Shown: positions 41,145-51,294 of the stretch, one piece after another
How the letters are laid out: each line of letters starts with the position of its first letter
How positions within the stretch are numbered: the stretch's first letter is position 1
NCBI GenBank assembly: GCA_019244185.1
Contig: JAFATB010000019.1
Coordinates: 30,525-94,524, forward strand
Source of the DNA: Acidobacteriota bacterium
GTDB taxonomy: Bacteria; Acidobacteriota; Thermoanaerobaculia; Gp7-AA8
Direction of reading: 5' to 3'
DNA length: 64,000 bases
Translations under genes and position numbers: made by a program
The notes under the pieces: model-generated
Database searches by the model: none
Seen by the model: only the letters and a program-made list of their open reading frames with translations
What the model was told of the DNA's origin: nothing

Positions 41145-42183
41145 ATGCTCGACCGGCGCGACTTCGCACGACTCCTCTGCGTCTCCACCGCCACCGCCGC
41201 TCTCGCCGCCGCGCCGGCCGCGCCGCGCGCGACCGCGCGCAAGCTCGTGAAGCCGAAGCGGCTCGCGGAAGGCGACACCGTCGCGCTGGTGCTGCCGGCC
41301 TCCGCGACGTTCGAGGCCGACGCGATCGCCATCGCGCGCGAGCAGCTCGAGGCCATCGGCCTCAAAGTCGCGATCGGTCAACATGCGTACGATCGCTGGG
41401 GCTACTTCGCGGGACACGACCGCGATCGCGCCGACGATCTCAATCGCGCGTTCGCCGACGACGCGATCGCCGGCATCGTCTGCTACACCGGCGGCTGGGG
41501 CTCGCCGCGCGTGCTGCCGTATCTCGACTACGACCTCATCGCGCGCAAGCCGAAAGTGCTCATCGGCTACAGCGACATCACGGCGCTGCTCAACGCGATC
41601 CATCAGCGCACGGGGCTGGTCACGTTTCACGGTCCCGTCGGCGGCTCGAAGCTCGATCCGTATTCGCTCGATTGCTTTCGCAAAGCGGTGATGACGCCGG
41701 AGCCGATCGGCGCGCTCGCACCCGCCGAAGAAGCCGGACGATCTCGTCGATCGCGACAATCGCGTGCTGCGCCTGCACGGCGGCAAAGCGTCGGGACGTC
41801 TCATCGGCGGCAACCTCACGCTGCTCGCCACGCTCATGGGCACGCCGTGCGAGCTCGAAACGGACGGCGCGATCGTCTTCACCGAGGACGTGCGCGAGGA
41901 CATCTACCGCATCGACCGCATGCTCACGCAGCTCGCCCTCGGCGGAAAGTTCGAGCGCATGGCGGGCTTCCTCTTCGGCCACTGCACCGAATGCAACAAG
42001 AACCCGTCGTTCTTCAGCCTCGAAGACGTGCTGCGCGACCGTTTCGGCAACGGACCGCAGCCCGCGCTGTCGGGACTCGCGTTCGGCCACATCGATCAGA
42101 AGCTGACGATTCCGCTCGGCGTGATGGCCACGCTCGACGCCGACGCCGGCACGGTCGAGATCACCGAGAGCGCGGTGGTGTGA
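41145..42183 (+). pseudogene. Tat-exported LD-carboxypeptidase (peptidase S66) interrupted by one frameshift near 41721
   Basis: RRDF Tat motif; GYSD, HGP in frame of 41145; GGNLTLL, EDV, FGH in the next frame; could be a sequencing indel. Confidence 0.8.
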
Positions 42184-42283
42184 GGAGACGCGGCCCGCGG
42201 ACTTGCGGCGGCGTCGAGACGCTCGGTTTGAGTTGTAGGGGGAGAATCAGGATCGCTGCTTGCCGCGTGACCGCGTCTCCTCA
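42181..42283. repeat. Intergenic inverted repeat (REP-like) between convergent genes
   Basis: TGAGGAGACGCGG (42181-93) / CCGCGTCTCCTCA (42271-83) with further imperfect pairing. Confidence 0.7.
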
Positions 42284-42317
42284 TCCGACTTAGACACGCA
42301 AAGGAGACGAATGTGGC

Positions 42318-44693
42318 TCACGGCTCCGCGCGCAGGCCGCCGACGGGCGCGGAGCTGCCGTAGATCGCGCCGTAACGCTCGTACGAGTTCATCACCTTGC
42401 GGACGTAGTTTTTCGTTTCGTCGAAGTTGATCGCGCTCAGAAAGTAATCGTCGCCGGGCGCGGGCTGCAGGCGTGTCCAGAGCGCGACCTGTTTCGGACC
42501 GGCGTTGTAGGCGGCGCTGGCGCGATAGTGATCGCCGCCGAAGGTCTTCGACAACTCGCTGATGTACTTCGCGCCGAGGCGGATGATCACGCGCGGATCG
42601 TAGAGATCCTCCGGCGCGAGATCGACGATGCCGACGTCGCGGCCGATGTCGCGTGCGGTGGTGATAATGAACTGCAGCAGTCCGCGCGCGGCCGCCTCCG
42701 ACTTCGCGCGCGGGTTGAAGCGCGACTCCTCGCGCATGATCGACAGCACGAGCGCGGGATCGGCCTCGTACTTTTTCGCGTCGTCGGCGATGTAGTTGTA
42801 GAAGTAGCGCGGGTAGAGGAGTTGCCGCACGACCTCCGGCAGAAGGTCCGGATGAAAGTCGTTCGGCACGGACTTCATCATGACCTCGATCGCATAGATC
42901 GAGTCCTTCGACGCGCCGCCCTGGTTGAGCGCGAGCGAGCGCGTGAGCGCGGCGCGCGCGGGACGCAAACCCCAGCGCTTCTCGATCGACGGCACGGCGT
43001 CGTCGTACAAGCCCATGGCGAGGAGTTGATCCTGCGGCGTGGCCGCGTTCGGAAACTGCGGCAGCGACTCCGGCGTGAGCTCGAGGATCGCGCGATACGC
43101 CGGCAGCTCGCGATAGATCGCGGCGAGCTTCTGCAGTTGCGCCGCGCGGTCGCGCGAGGAGAGCAGCACGCGATCGGTCTGCAGCTGTTTCGCGGTGGCG
43201 AAGTTCTTCGCGGCGATGAGGTTCGCGACCTGCGCCTCGCGCAGCGCGAGCTCGCGCGTGAGCTTCGGCGCCATCGCCGGCGCGTCGAGCCGCTGCCGCG
43301 CAAAGTACGCAAAGTGCGTCGGCACTTTCGCGCGCAGCACATCGAGATAGTTGCGGAACGCCGCCGGCGGATCGCGATCCTCGGCTGCCCGCGCGCGCCA
43401 GTACGCGAACTCCGCGCGGTCGTAGTCGTCGAGCAGTTTCGGCGGCACGCCGTTCAGCGTCGCGGTGGCGCCGGCGGGATTGCCGGTGCCGAGGAGCGCG
43501 ATCGCGTACGCGAGCGAGCCTTCGACGATGGCGCGCTCGTTCGGCGCGAGCTTGCGCAGCTGCGCGAGATCGGCGCCCGCTTCCGCGAGGCGATGCTGCT
43601 TCGCGCGCGTACGCAGGCGTTGCGTCAGCGCGGCCAGCGTCGCCGGAAACTTCCCCGGCACCGCGATGGCCTGCGACATCAGCTGCTCCGCGCCGCCGTC
43701 GTCGCCGCGCAGCTGCACGGAACGCGCGGCATGCCAGAGGAACGTCGCCTTCTGTCCCGGCGACTTCGTCGCGTTCGCGCCGCGCAGATAGGCCGCCTGC
43801 GCCTCCGCGAACTTCTCCGCGCCGAAGTAGCTGCGGCCGACGGCGAACTGCAGATCGTCGGTGTACGCGTGCTTCAGCGCGAGCTGCAGAAGCGCCGTCG
43901 CGCGGTCGAAGTGGCGGTGCTTCTGAAAGGTCTCGCCGAGGAGCGCCCACTGGTTGACGTTCATCCGCGGCAGGAGCTCGGGACGATCGAGCGCGCGCGC
44001 GGCGCGGTCGGCGGCGTCGTCGGACGTGCCGCCCTGCAGGAGCGCGAGGCCGCGCGTGAGCGCGCCGTTCGGATCGCGCTTCGCGGTCGCTTCGAGGATG
44101 CGCGCGGTGATGTCACGGCGCAGTGCCGTCGATGCGGACGGCGTGATCGTGGTCGCGAACTGCGTCAGGCGATTCGGGTCGTCGAGCGTCGAGAGATAGT
44201 CGATCTCGTCTTCGATCGCCTCGTCGCGATAGAGCGCGTGCGGATAGTCGGTGATGAGCGCCATGCGGTAGCGGCTCGCATCCTCGCCGTCCGCGATCGA
44301 CGCGCGGTGATACAGCGCGAGCTCGCGCAGCGGATTGCCTTTCGCGAGAAACGGCTCGAGCTTCTTCGCGGCGTCCGACTTTTCGTTGCTCTCGATGAGA
44401 GCGCGCGCGTGCAGATATGCGAGCGAGTGGCGCGCGTAGAGGTCGGGCTGCTTCTGTTCGATCTGTTCGAGGAGCTCCGCGAGGTCGTCGCCGTCGAGCT
44501 GGCGGAACGTCGCCGACCATTGTTCGACCGGCGGGATGCCGCGCGGCGTCTCCGTCTTCTTCGTCTCGCCCGCGACGGGCCGGAACACGCGATGGCGCTG
44601 CAGGCGCTCGCGGTACAGAACGATGCCGAAGATCGCGAGCAGGAGGACGAGCGCGGCGGCGGCGATGAGTACGTAGCGGCGGTTGCGGCTCAA
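42318..44693 (-). CDS. Membrane-anchored lytic transglycosylase (SLT) with TPR-like repeats
   Basis: MREESRF, ARGLLQF, AYNAG, ETKNYV; N-terminal TM; TTG start overlapping upstream stop. Confidence 0.9.
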   Translation of the reverse strand: MSRNRRYVLIAAAALVLLLAIFGIVLYRERLQRHRVFRPVAGETKKTETPRGIPPVEQWSATFRQLDGDDLAELLEQIEQKQPDLYARHSLAYLHARALIESNEKSDAAKKLEPFLAKGNPLRELALYHRASIADGEDASRYRMALITDYPHALYRDEAIEDEIDYLSTLDDPNRLTQFATTITPSASTALRRDITARILEATAKRDPNGALTRGLALLQGGTSDDAADRAARALDRPELLPRMNVNQWALLGETFQKHRHFDRATALLQLALKHAYTDDLQFAVGRSYFGAEKFAEAQAAYLRGANATKSPGQKATFLWHAARSVQLRGDDGGAEQLMSQAIAVPGKFPATLAALTQRLRTRAKQHRLAEAGADLAQLRKLAPNERAIVEGSLAYAIALLGTGNPAGATATLNGVPPKLLDDYDRAEFAYWRARAAEDRDPPAAFRNYLDVLRAKVPTHFAYFARQRLDAPAMAPKLTRELALREAQVANLIAAKNFATAKQLQTDRVLLSSRDRAAQLQKLAAIYRELPAYRAILELTPESLPQFPNAATPQDQLLAMGLYDDAVPSIEKRWGLRPARAALTRSLALNQGGASKDSIYAIEVMMKSVPNDFHPDLLPEVVRQLLYPRYFYNYIADDAKKYEADPALVLSIMREESRFNPRAKSEAAARGLLQFIITTARDIGRDVGIVDLAPEDLYDPRVIIRLGAKYISELSKTFGGDHYRASAAYNAGPKQVALWTRLQPAPGDDYFLSAINFDETKNYVRKVMNSYERYGAIYGSSAPVGGLRAEP

Positions 44694-45145
44694 GAATCCT
44701 CTCGGGCGAGAGTGCCCGACAGGATCGCCTGCGGAGCTCGCCTGAGGATCTCCGCGCGTGCAATCGCATAGCCAAGAATCGCGTCGACGAGCATCCGCCG
44801 TCCGTCGCGCGAGAGCAGGATCAGCACCTTCTGCTTCACCTCGCGCACCTCGACGATGTCCTCCCAGCGCATCCACCGCCCGTGTTTGCCGAACAGCTTC
44901 AGCAAGCGGTTCTCGTACTTCACGCCGATGTTGCTGAAGTAGATGTGATCGCCGTACTGCAGCACCGCGGCCGCGACCGTGCCCAGAAAGAGCAGGACCA
45001 GGCCGAACATCGGCAGGAACCGGTAGTCGGTCGGATGATCGGCGAGATACATGAAGAAGATCGCCGCGGAGCCGAACGACGCCGCGCACGAGATGATGCG
45101 CGACACCGGCGGGCGCTCGAATACGAGGACCTGATCGTCGTTCAT
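44690..45145 (-). CDS. Small two-TM membrane protein with bacterial PH-like domain
   Basis: Two hydrophobic helices then MRWEDIVEV motif. Confidence 0.6.
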   Translation of the reverse strand: MNDDQVLVFERPPVSRIISCAASFGSAAIFFMYLADHPTDYRFLPMFGLVLLFLGTVAAAVLQYGDHIYFSNIGVKYENRLLKLFGKHGRWMRWEDIVEVREVKQKVLILLSRDGRRMLVDAILGYAIARAEILRRAPQAILSGTLAREDS

Positions 45146-45194
45146 GGCGTCAAAAGCTCAACAAAACAACGGCTCGGATACAATCCCCGCCCTT

Positions 45195-46907
45195 ATGCGC
45201 TGGAGCCGTTTCTTCATCAATACACTGCGAGAAGTGCCCGCCGACGCGGAAGTCGTCAGTCAGAGACTGATGATGCGCGCCGGCATGATCCGTAAAGTCG
45301 CCGCCGGCATTTACACGTATCTGCCGCTCGGCCTCCGTTCCATCCAGAAGATGGAGGCGATCGTCCGCGACGAGATGAACCGCGCGGGCGCGTCCGAGCT
45401 GCTGATGCCGTCCATCCAGCCGGCGGAGCTCTGGATGGAATCGGGTCGCTGGCAGAAGTATGGAAAAGAACTTCTGCGGATCAAAGACCGGCACGACCGC
45501 GACTTCGTCTTCGGCCCCACGCACGAGGAAGTGATCACGGACACCGTGCGCGACGCGATCAACTCGTATCGCCAGCTGCCGATCAATCTCTATCAAATTC
45601 AGACGAAGTTCCGCGACGAAGTGCGTCCGCGCTTCGGCCTCATGCGCGGCCGCGAGTTCATCATGAAGGACGCGTACTCCTTCCACACGACGCGCGAGTC
45701 GCTCGACGAGACGTACGACGTGATGCGCGACGCGTACAGCCGCATTTTTCATCGCTGCTCCTTAGACCACGTTCCCGTCGAAGCCGATACCGGCAACATC
45801 GGCGGCTCCGCATCGCACGAGTTCATGGTGCTCGCGCAGTCCGGCGAGGACGCGGTCGTGAGCTGCCCGAACTGCCGCTACGGCGCGAACGTGGAGAAGG
45901 CGACGTCGAAGTTCTTCGACGACGAAGTCGAGCCCGCGCCGTCGGAGGTGCTCGCCGAGCTGCATACGCCCGGCACGCAGAGCATCGACGACGTCGGCGC
46001 TTTCCTGAACAAGCCGACCTCGCAGCTGATCAAGACGCTCGTCTTCGACACCGACCTCGGTCCGGTGATGGTGCTCGTGCGCGGCGATCGCGCCGGCAAC
46101 GAGATCAAGATCAAAAACCACCTCGGCGCGCAATGGATGGAGATGCTCTCCGACACGCGCTTCGAGGAAACGACCGGCGGCCCGATCGGCTACTGCGGCC
46201 CGGTCGGCACGAAGTGCGCGCGCGTGCTCGCCGATCATTCGCTGCGCGGCCGCAAACGCTGGATCGTCGGCGGCAACCGCAAGGACATGCATTACGACTT
46301 CGCCGTGCCCGGCCGCGACTTTCCCGAGCCGGAGTTCGGCGACTTCACGACCGCCATCGAAGGCGATCCGTGCGTGCGCTGCGGCACGCCGCTCGAGATC
46401 TATCGCGGCATCGAAGTCGGCCACATCTTCAAGCTCGGCACGAAGTACTCCGAGGCGATGCAGTGCACGTTTCTCGATGAGAGCGGCCAGCGGCAGCCGA
46501 TGGTCATGGGCTGCTACGGCCTCGGCATCGGCCGCACGGTGGCGTCGGCGATCGAGCAGAGTCACGACGACGACGGCATCATCTGGCCGATGCCGATCGC
46601 GCCGTTCGAAGTCGTGGTGACGTCGGTCGGCAAAGACGAAGCGGTGCTGCGCACGGCAACCGAGGTGTACGAGAAGCTGAAGACGGAAGGCATCGACGTG
46701 CTGTTCGACGATCGCGACGAGCGTCCGGGCGTGAAGTTCAAGGACGCGGACCTCATCGGCTTCCCGCTGCGCATCGCCGTCGGCGCGAAGAGTCTCGCCA
46801 ACGGCCAGATCGAATGGAGCTTCCGCAAGGATCGCGCGAAGCAGCTCGGCGCGCCGGACGAGGTGCTGGCGCGCGTTGTCGAGGCTGTCAGGGCGGGGCT
46901 ATCATGA
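45195..46907 (+). CDS. proS: Proline--tRNA ligase (with editing insertion)
   Basis: GPTHEE, KFRDEVRPRFGLMRGREF, EVGHIFKLGTKYS, MGCYGLG. Confidence 0.98.
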   Translation: MRWSRFFINTLREVPADAEVVSQRLMMRAGMIRKVAAGIYTYLPLGLRSIQKMEAIVRDEMNRAGASELLMPSIQPAELWMESGRWQKYGKELLRIKDRHDRDFVFGPTHEEVITDTVRDAINSYRQLPINLYQIQTKFRDEVRPRFGLMRGREFIMKDAYSFHTTRESLDETYDVMRDAYSRIFHRCSLDHVPVEADTGNIGGSASHEFMVLAQSGEDAVVSCPNCRYGANVEKATSKFFDDEVEPAPSEVLAELHTPGTQSIDDVGAFLNKPTSQLIKTLVFDTDLGPVMVLVRGDRAGNEIKIKNHLGAQWMEMLSDTRFEETTGGPIGYCGPVGTKCARVLADHSLRGRKRWIVGGNRKDMHYDFAVPGRDFPEPEFGDFTTAIEGDPCVRCGTPLEIYRGIEVGHIFKLGTKYSEAMQCTFLDESGQRQPMVMGCYGLGIGRTVASAIEQSHDDDGIIWPMPIAPFEVVVTSVGKDEAVLRTATEVYEKLKTEGIDVLFDDRDERPGVKFKDADLIGFPLRIAVGAKSLANGQIEWSFRKDRAKQLGAPDEVLARVVEAVRAGLS

Positions 46908-48310
46908 ATTTCATGCGCAAGTTTCTCGTGGTGCTCGCCGCGTTCGCGGCGCTTCCGCTCGCCGCACAGAACGTCGACATCGAGGCGTTGTCGGGCCTGC
47001 AGTTCAATTTCGGCAATCCCGGCGCGCGTTCCCTTGGCATGGGCGGCGCGTTCCTCGGACTGGCCGACGACGCCTCCGCGGCCGAAGCGAATCCCGCCGG
47101 CCTCACGATCCTGCGCAAGCCGGAAGTCTCGGTCGAAGTGCGCAACTACCTCGAGCAGCAGCTCTTCTCGACGAGCGGCACGTTCCCGAACATCCAGCGC
47201 ACGCCGTTCACGCACTACAGCGACCGCGTGGTGATCAGCTTCGCCAGCGCGGTCTTCCCGATCAAGAAGTTCACCCTCGGCGCGTACTACCACGAGCCGC
47301 TCAACAACAAAGGCGGCGGCGTGGTCGCGCCGGTGACGGACCAGTTCACGGGACGCGTCACGACGCCGCTGCCGAACTTCTATCTGCCGGCGACGAATCG
47401 CGTGCCGTCGGGCGATCCGATCACGCTCGCCGAATGCCAGGCGCTGCGCACGCAGCGCAACGATCCGTTCGCGTGCCTCGAGTTCCGCATCAATCCGTTC
47501 GTCTCCGCGCTCGACGTGCGCGAGCGGACGTTCGGCCTCGCCGGCGCGTGGCAGATCCATCCGAAGTTCTCCATCGGCGCGACCGTGCGCCACCATCGCT
47601 TCGAGGAAGCGGCGTTCACCTCGCGCTACACGCAGCAGTTCGCGCTCGACGCGATCATCGTGCAGGCCACGGCGAAGACGAACGGCGGCAACGTCGACAT
47701 CGGCGAAGTCTCGGACACCACGTTCGCGGCCGGCTTCAAGTGGACGCCGCTCGACAAGCTGAGCATCGGCGGCGTGTACAAGCAGGGACCGCAGTTCGAG
47801 GCGCCGCTCTTCTTCGCGAACACGGCCTCGCAGTTCCAGTTCAACAACGTGGCGAGCACGAAGTTCCACGTGCCCGACATCATGGGACTCGGCGTCTCGT
47901 ACCGCCCGATCCCGGTGCTGACGATCAACGCCGACGCGGTGCGCGTGAAGTACTCGAATCTCGCCGACGATTTCGTGGCGTCGGTCGCCGACGTGCGCGA
48001 TCTCGAGGATCCGTTCGGCGCGAACGACGTGACGGAGCTGCACGCGGGCGCGGAGTACTTTTTCCCGACGAAGATCCCGTTCGCGCTGCGCGGCGGCTTC
48101 TGGCGCGACCCCGCGCATTCGATCGAGTGGCAGGGACCGCTCAACCGTCCCGACTACATCGCCGAGGCGCTGCTCTATCCGAAGGGCGAGTCGCAGAACC
48201 ACTGGGCGGTCGGCGGCGGCTTCGCGTGGCCGCGCTTCCAGATCGACTTCGGCTACGACTCGTCGCCGCACTACAAGGTGGGGTCGCTATCGATGGTCAC
48301 TCGTTTCTAA
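46904..48310 (+). CDS. OmpP1/FadL-like outer membrane beta-barrel protein
   Basis: Signal peptide, GARSLGMGGAFLGLADDASAAEANPAGL, terminal Phe. Confidence 0.85.
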   Translation: MNFMRKFLVVLAAFAALPLAAQNVDIEALSGLQFNFGNPGARSLGMGGAFLGLADDASAAEANPAGLTILRKPEVSVEVRNYLEQQLFSTSGTFPNIQRTPFTHYSDRVVISFASAVFPIKKFTLGAYYHEPLNNKGGGVVAPVTDQFTGRVTTPLPNFYLPATNRVPSGDPITLAECQALRTQRNDPFACLEFRINPFVSALDVRERTFGLAGAWQIHPKFSIGATVRHHRFEEAAFTSRYTQQFALDAIIVQATAKTNGGNVDIGEVSDTTFAAGFKWTPLDKLSIGGVYKQGPQFEAPLFFANTASQFQFNNVASTKFHVPDIMGLGVSYRPIPVLTINADAVRVKYSNLADDFVASVADVRDLEDPFGANDVTELHAGAEYFFPTKIPFALRGGFWRDPAHSIEWQGPLNRPDYIAEALLYPKGESQNHWAVGGGFAWPRFQIDFGYDSSPHYKVGSLSMVTRF

Positions 48311-48986
48311 GCGCCTCCAGCGGCACATCCATCAACTCGAATTTCTCCCATCCGCCAAAGTCAAAGTGCCACCACTCGGATGGCAGCGGCGCGAAGCCGT
48401 GCCGCGTCATCACGTCGCGCAGCTTCGCGCGATTCGCGACGACGTCCGGCGGCAGGTCGTTGAAATCCTGACGCGCGCGTGACGTGAAGTCGTCGTACGG
48501 CGTCGGCATCGCCAGCTCGGAGCCCGTGCGGAGGTCGATGAGCGTGAGATCGACGGCGGCGCCGCGATTGTGGCGCGAGCCTTTGGCCGGATCGGCCACA
48601 AAGTCCGGATTCCTGATCGGCTCCCACATCGCCTCGGTCACGCAATAGGGGCGATACGCGTCGAACACCTTCACGCCGAGTCCCTGTTGCGCGAGCTCGC
48701 GCTCGACGTCCGCCAGCGCGCGGGCGGCGGGCGCGCGCAGATACGCCTTCGCCACCGGATAGAGCGTGTGCTTCATGAAGTTGTTCGGCGTCGCGTAGCG
48801 GATGTCGAGCGGGATGCCCAGCGACGCGACGTCGACGAGGCGCGTGTCGGGATTGCGCCGCGCGAGACGCTCGTACGTCGCGCGATCGGGCACGACGTGA
48901 AGACCGTAGCGGTTCGCGGGAATCGCCACCTGCGACGCGCACGCGAGCGCGCATGCGACGAGAGCGAAGTTGATCGCGCGTTTCAT
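48297..48986 (-). CDS. ddpX: D-alanyl-D-alanine dipeptidase (M15D, VanX/DdpX-like) lipoprotein
   Basis: DIRYAT, DAYRP, SRHNRGAAVD, EWWHF; LACALAC lipobox. Confidence 0.9.
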   Translation of the reverse strand: MKRAINFALVACALACASQVAIPANRYGLHVVPDRATYERLARRNPDTRLVDVASLGIPLDIRYATPNNFMKHTLYPVAKAYLRAPAARALADVERELAQQGLGVKVFDAYRPYCVTEAMWEPIRNPDFVADPAKGSRHNRGAAVDLTLIDLRTGSELAMPTPYDDFTSRARQDFNDLPPDVVANRAKLRDVMTRHGFAPLPSEWWHFDFGGWEKFELMDVPLEALRNE

Positions 48987-49006
48987 GTCGCCTAATGTAC
49001 CGCCCG
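48970..49006. promoter_or_regulatory. Candidate bidirectional leaderless promoter
   Basis: + strand TTGATC-N17-TAATGT-N8-ATG(49007); - strand TACATT-N7-ATG(48986) on overlapping bases. Confidence 0.55.
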
Positions 49007-50197
49007 ATGGAGCTGGACATCTTCTTCTCGATCTGTCAGACCGACGTGCACGGGTACGTGCCGAGCGAGCGGGAGATGTTCGAGCACTTCTTCGAGCAGG
49101 TCGAGCTCGCGGACGCGCTGGGCTTCGGCACGGCGTGGGTCGCGGAGAGCCACCTCTCGACGGAGATTCAGAAAACGAATCCCGGCGCCGTGATCCCGCA
49201 CTTCATCGGCGAGATCGGCCTCAACACCGACATCCTGCAGCTCGCCCATCGCGTGTTCGCGCGCACGAAGCGCATCGGCATGGGCTCGGCGATCATGAAC
49301 ATTCTCTGCAACGGCGGACCGATCGCCGCGGCGGAGCGCATCAAGACGTTCCTCACGCTGCACGGGCTCGACCCGAACGAGCGGCGCACGCTGACGGTCG
49401 GCTTCGCGTCGGGACGCTTTCCGTTCATCAACGTTCCGTACGGCATCGTGCCGCGCAATCCCGTCGAGGCTGCGGCGTGGCCGGTGGTGAAGAACAAGAT
49501 CTTCGAGGAAGCGACGGAGATCTTCCTGCGGCTGCTGAAAGGGGAAGTGCTCAGCTCCGCGATGATCGCGCCGCGCGCGCTGCGCCGAGGGGACTTCCGC
49601 ACCGACGCCGACTGGCAGCGCGTGCAAGAGGCATTCGGTCAATACGTTGACGAAATCGCGCTCGAGCCGCGCTGGCGCTTTCCGAACCTCAAGATCGTGC
49701 CGCAGGAGCCGCGCATGGACCTGCTGCGGCTGTCGATCGGCTCGCACGATCCGGCGACGCAGATCTTCGCGAACACGATCCTCCCCGTCGGCGTCTTCAA
49801 TCTCTCCATCACGCCCGGCGCGGAGATCGAGGAGACGAACCGCCGCATGCAGACGCACTACCACGCCGACGGCGGCGGCTGGCAGCGGCGGCTGATGCCG
49901 CGCACGGTGCTGGTCTTCATCAGCGACGACGCGCAGCAGGCCGCGGACGAGGCGCGCGACGCGCTGTCGAACTACTGGCGCGCGCTCGAAGGCACGCTCG
50001 ACGAGGAGAAGGTGCGGCGCGCGACGAACAACGCGCTCGTCGGCACGCCGGACCAGATCGCGGAACAGATGCGCGAGCGCTTCGATCCCGAGGACCGGCT
50101 CATGCTCTGGTTCGACTTCAACAACCACGACTCGAAACGCGTGATGAAGAACATGCGCGACTTCATGACGCGCGTCGCGCCGGAGCTCGCGTCATGA
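49007..50197 (+). CDS. Luciferase-like (LLM class) flavin-dependent oxidoreductase
   Basis: ELADALGFGTAWVAESH, RTKRIGMGSA, AAAERI, LVGTPDQIAE. Confidence 0.88.
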   Translation: MELDIFFSICQTDVHGYVPSEREMFEHFFEQVELADALGFGTAWVAESHLSTEIQKTNPGAVIPHFIGEIGLNTDILQLAHRVFARTKRIGMGSAIMNILCNGGPIAAAERIKTFLTLHGLDPNERRTLTVGFASGRFPFINVPYGIVPRNPVEAAAWPVVKNKIFEEATEIFLRLLKGEVLSSAMIAPRALRRGDFRTDADWQRVQEAFGQYVDEIALEPRWRFPNLKIVPQEPRMDLLRLSIGSHDPATQIFANTILPVGVFNLSITPGAEIEETNRRMQTHYHADGGGWQRRLMPRTVLVFISDDAQQAADEARDALSNYWRALEGTLDEEKVRRATNNALVGTPDQIAEQMRERFDPEDRLMLWFDFNNHDSKRVMKNMRDFMTRVAPELAS

Positions 50198-51294
50198 CCA
50201 CCGTCGACGAAACGACGACGCCCACGGCCACGTTCGACGAGAGCGTCGCGCCGAACTTCGCGCGCGCGATGCCGAACTGGCAGCCGCTCGTCGAGTACCG
50301 CCGCAACGGCGTCGCCGAGAACACGATCCACGGCGCGGTGTCGTGGGTCACCGGCAAGAACCTGCTCTACTCGTTCGGCGGGAACGTCGAGGTCTACGGA
50401 CGCTCGATGGTGAAGCCGCTGATGATGAAAGTCTTCGCGCGCGACTTCGCGTCCGCGCTGACGCCGGAGCAGCAAGCCATCTCCGTCGCCTCGCACAACG
50501 GCGACACCGAGCACGTCGCCGTCGCGCGCTCCATCCTGCGCGAGAGCGAATGGGGCCTCATGCAGACGCCGCACGACGTGCCGCTCGTGCAGTTCGGCCG
50601 GCAGGTGCGCCGCCCGCGCCGCTGGTATCACTGCTGTTCCGGCGAGCACGCGGCCATCCTGCGCGGCTGCCGCCTGCGCGGCTGGCGCCGCACCGGCTAC
50701 GTCCTGCCGCATCATCCGTTCTTCCAGGAGTACATGCAGTACATGCGCGGCGTGCTCGGCGGCGACTGGAAGATGGGCACGATCGCGAAAGACGGCTGCG
50801 GCCTGCCGACGGTGTCGATGACGGTGACCGATCTCGCGAAGCTCTTCGCGAATCTCGTCACCGAAAAGCACGACGACTGGATCTGGCGCGCGATGGTCGA
50901 ACATCCCGATCTCATCGGCGGCTTCAACCGGCTCGACTCGACGGTGCTCAAGGCGTGCGGCGGCAAGGTCCTCGCGAAGGAAGGCGCCGACGGTCTCCTC
51001 GGCCTCGCCATCGAGCATCCCGAATTTCCCGAGGGACTCGGCGTGGTCGTGAAGATCGCGCACGGCTGGAACCCGCAGGCGACGTGGTACATCGCCCGCT
51101 ACATCCTCGGCGTCCTCGGCTTCGAGTTCCGCAACCCATACAAGCTCCGGCGGCAGAAGGCGTACATCGTCCCGGAAGTGATTCCGCCGAATTTGCGCGA
51201 GCGCATGGCCGCCATCGTGCCGTGGGACTCATGGGATCCGGACATCGACCGTTGGGAGTTCGATCCGCAGGAGTTCTTCATTGCGCCTCGCTAA
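50194..51294 (+). CDS. Asparaginase II (Rhizobium AnsA-type) fold hydrolase with atypical Zn-site motif
   Basis: RSMVKP, ASHNG, CCSGEH (family NCSGKH), DGCGLP, AKEGADG. Confidence 0.85.
   Translation: MTTVDETTTPTATFDESVAPNFARAMPNWQPLVEYRRNGVAENTIHGAVSWVTGKNLLYSFGGNVEVYGRSMVKPLMMKVFARDFASALTPEQQAISVASHNGDTEHVAVARSILRESEWGLMQTPHDVPLVQFGRQVRRPRRWYHCCSGEHAAILRGCRLRGWRRTGYVLPHHPFFQEYMQYMRGVLGGDWKMGTIAKDGCGLPTVSMTVTDLAKLFANLVTEKHDDWIWRAMVEHPDLIGGFNRLDSTVLKACGGKVLAKEGADGLLGLAIEHPEFPEGLGVVVKIAHGWNPQATWYIARYILGVLGFEFRNPYKLRRQKAYIVPEVIPPNLRERMAAIVPWDSWDPDIDRWEFDPQEFFIAPR

Noticed and set aside
41715-41735. Programmed ribosomal frameshift in the S66 gene
   Set aside because: No recognisable slippery sequence or stimulatory structure; a simple indel is more parsimonious
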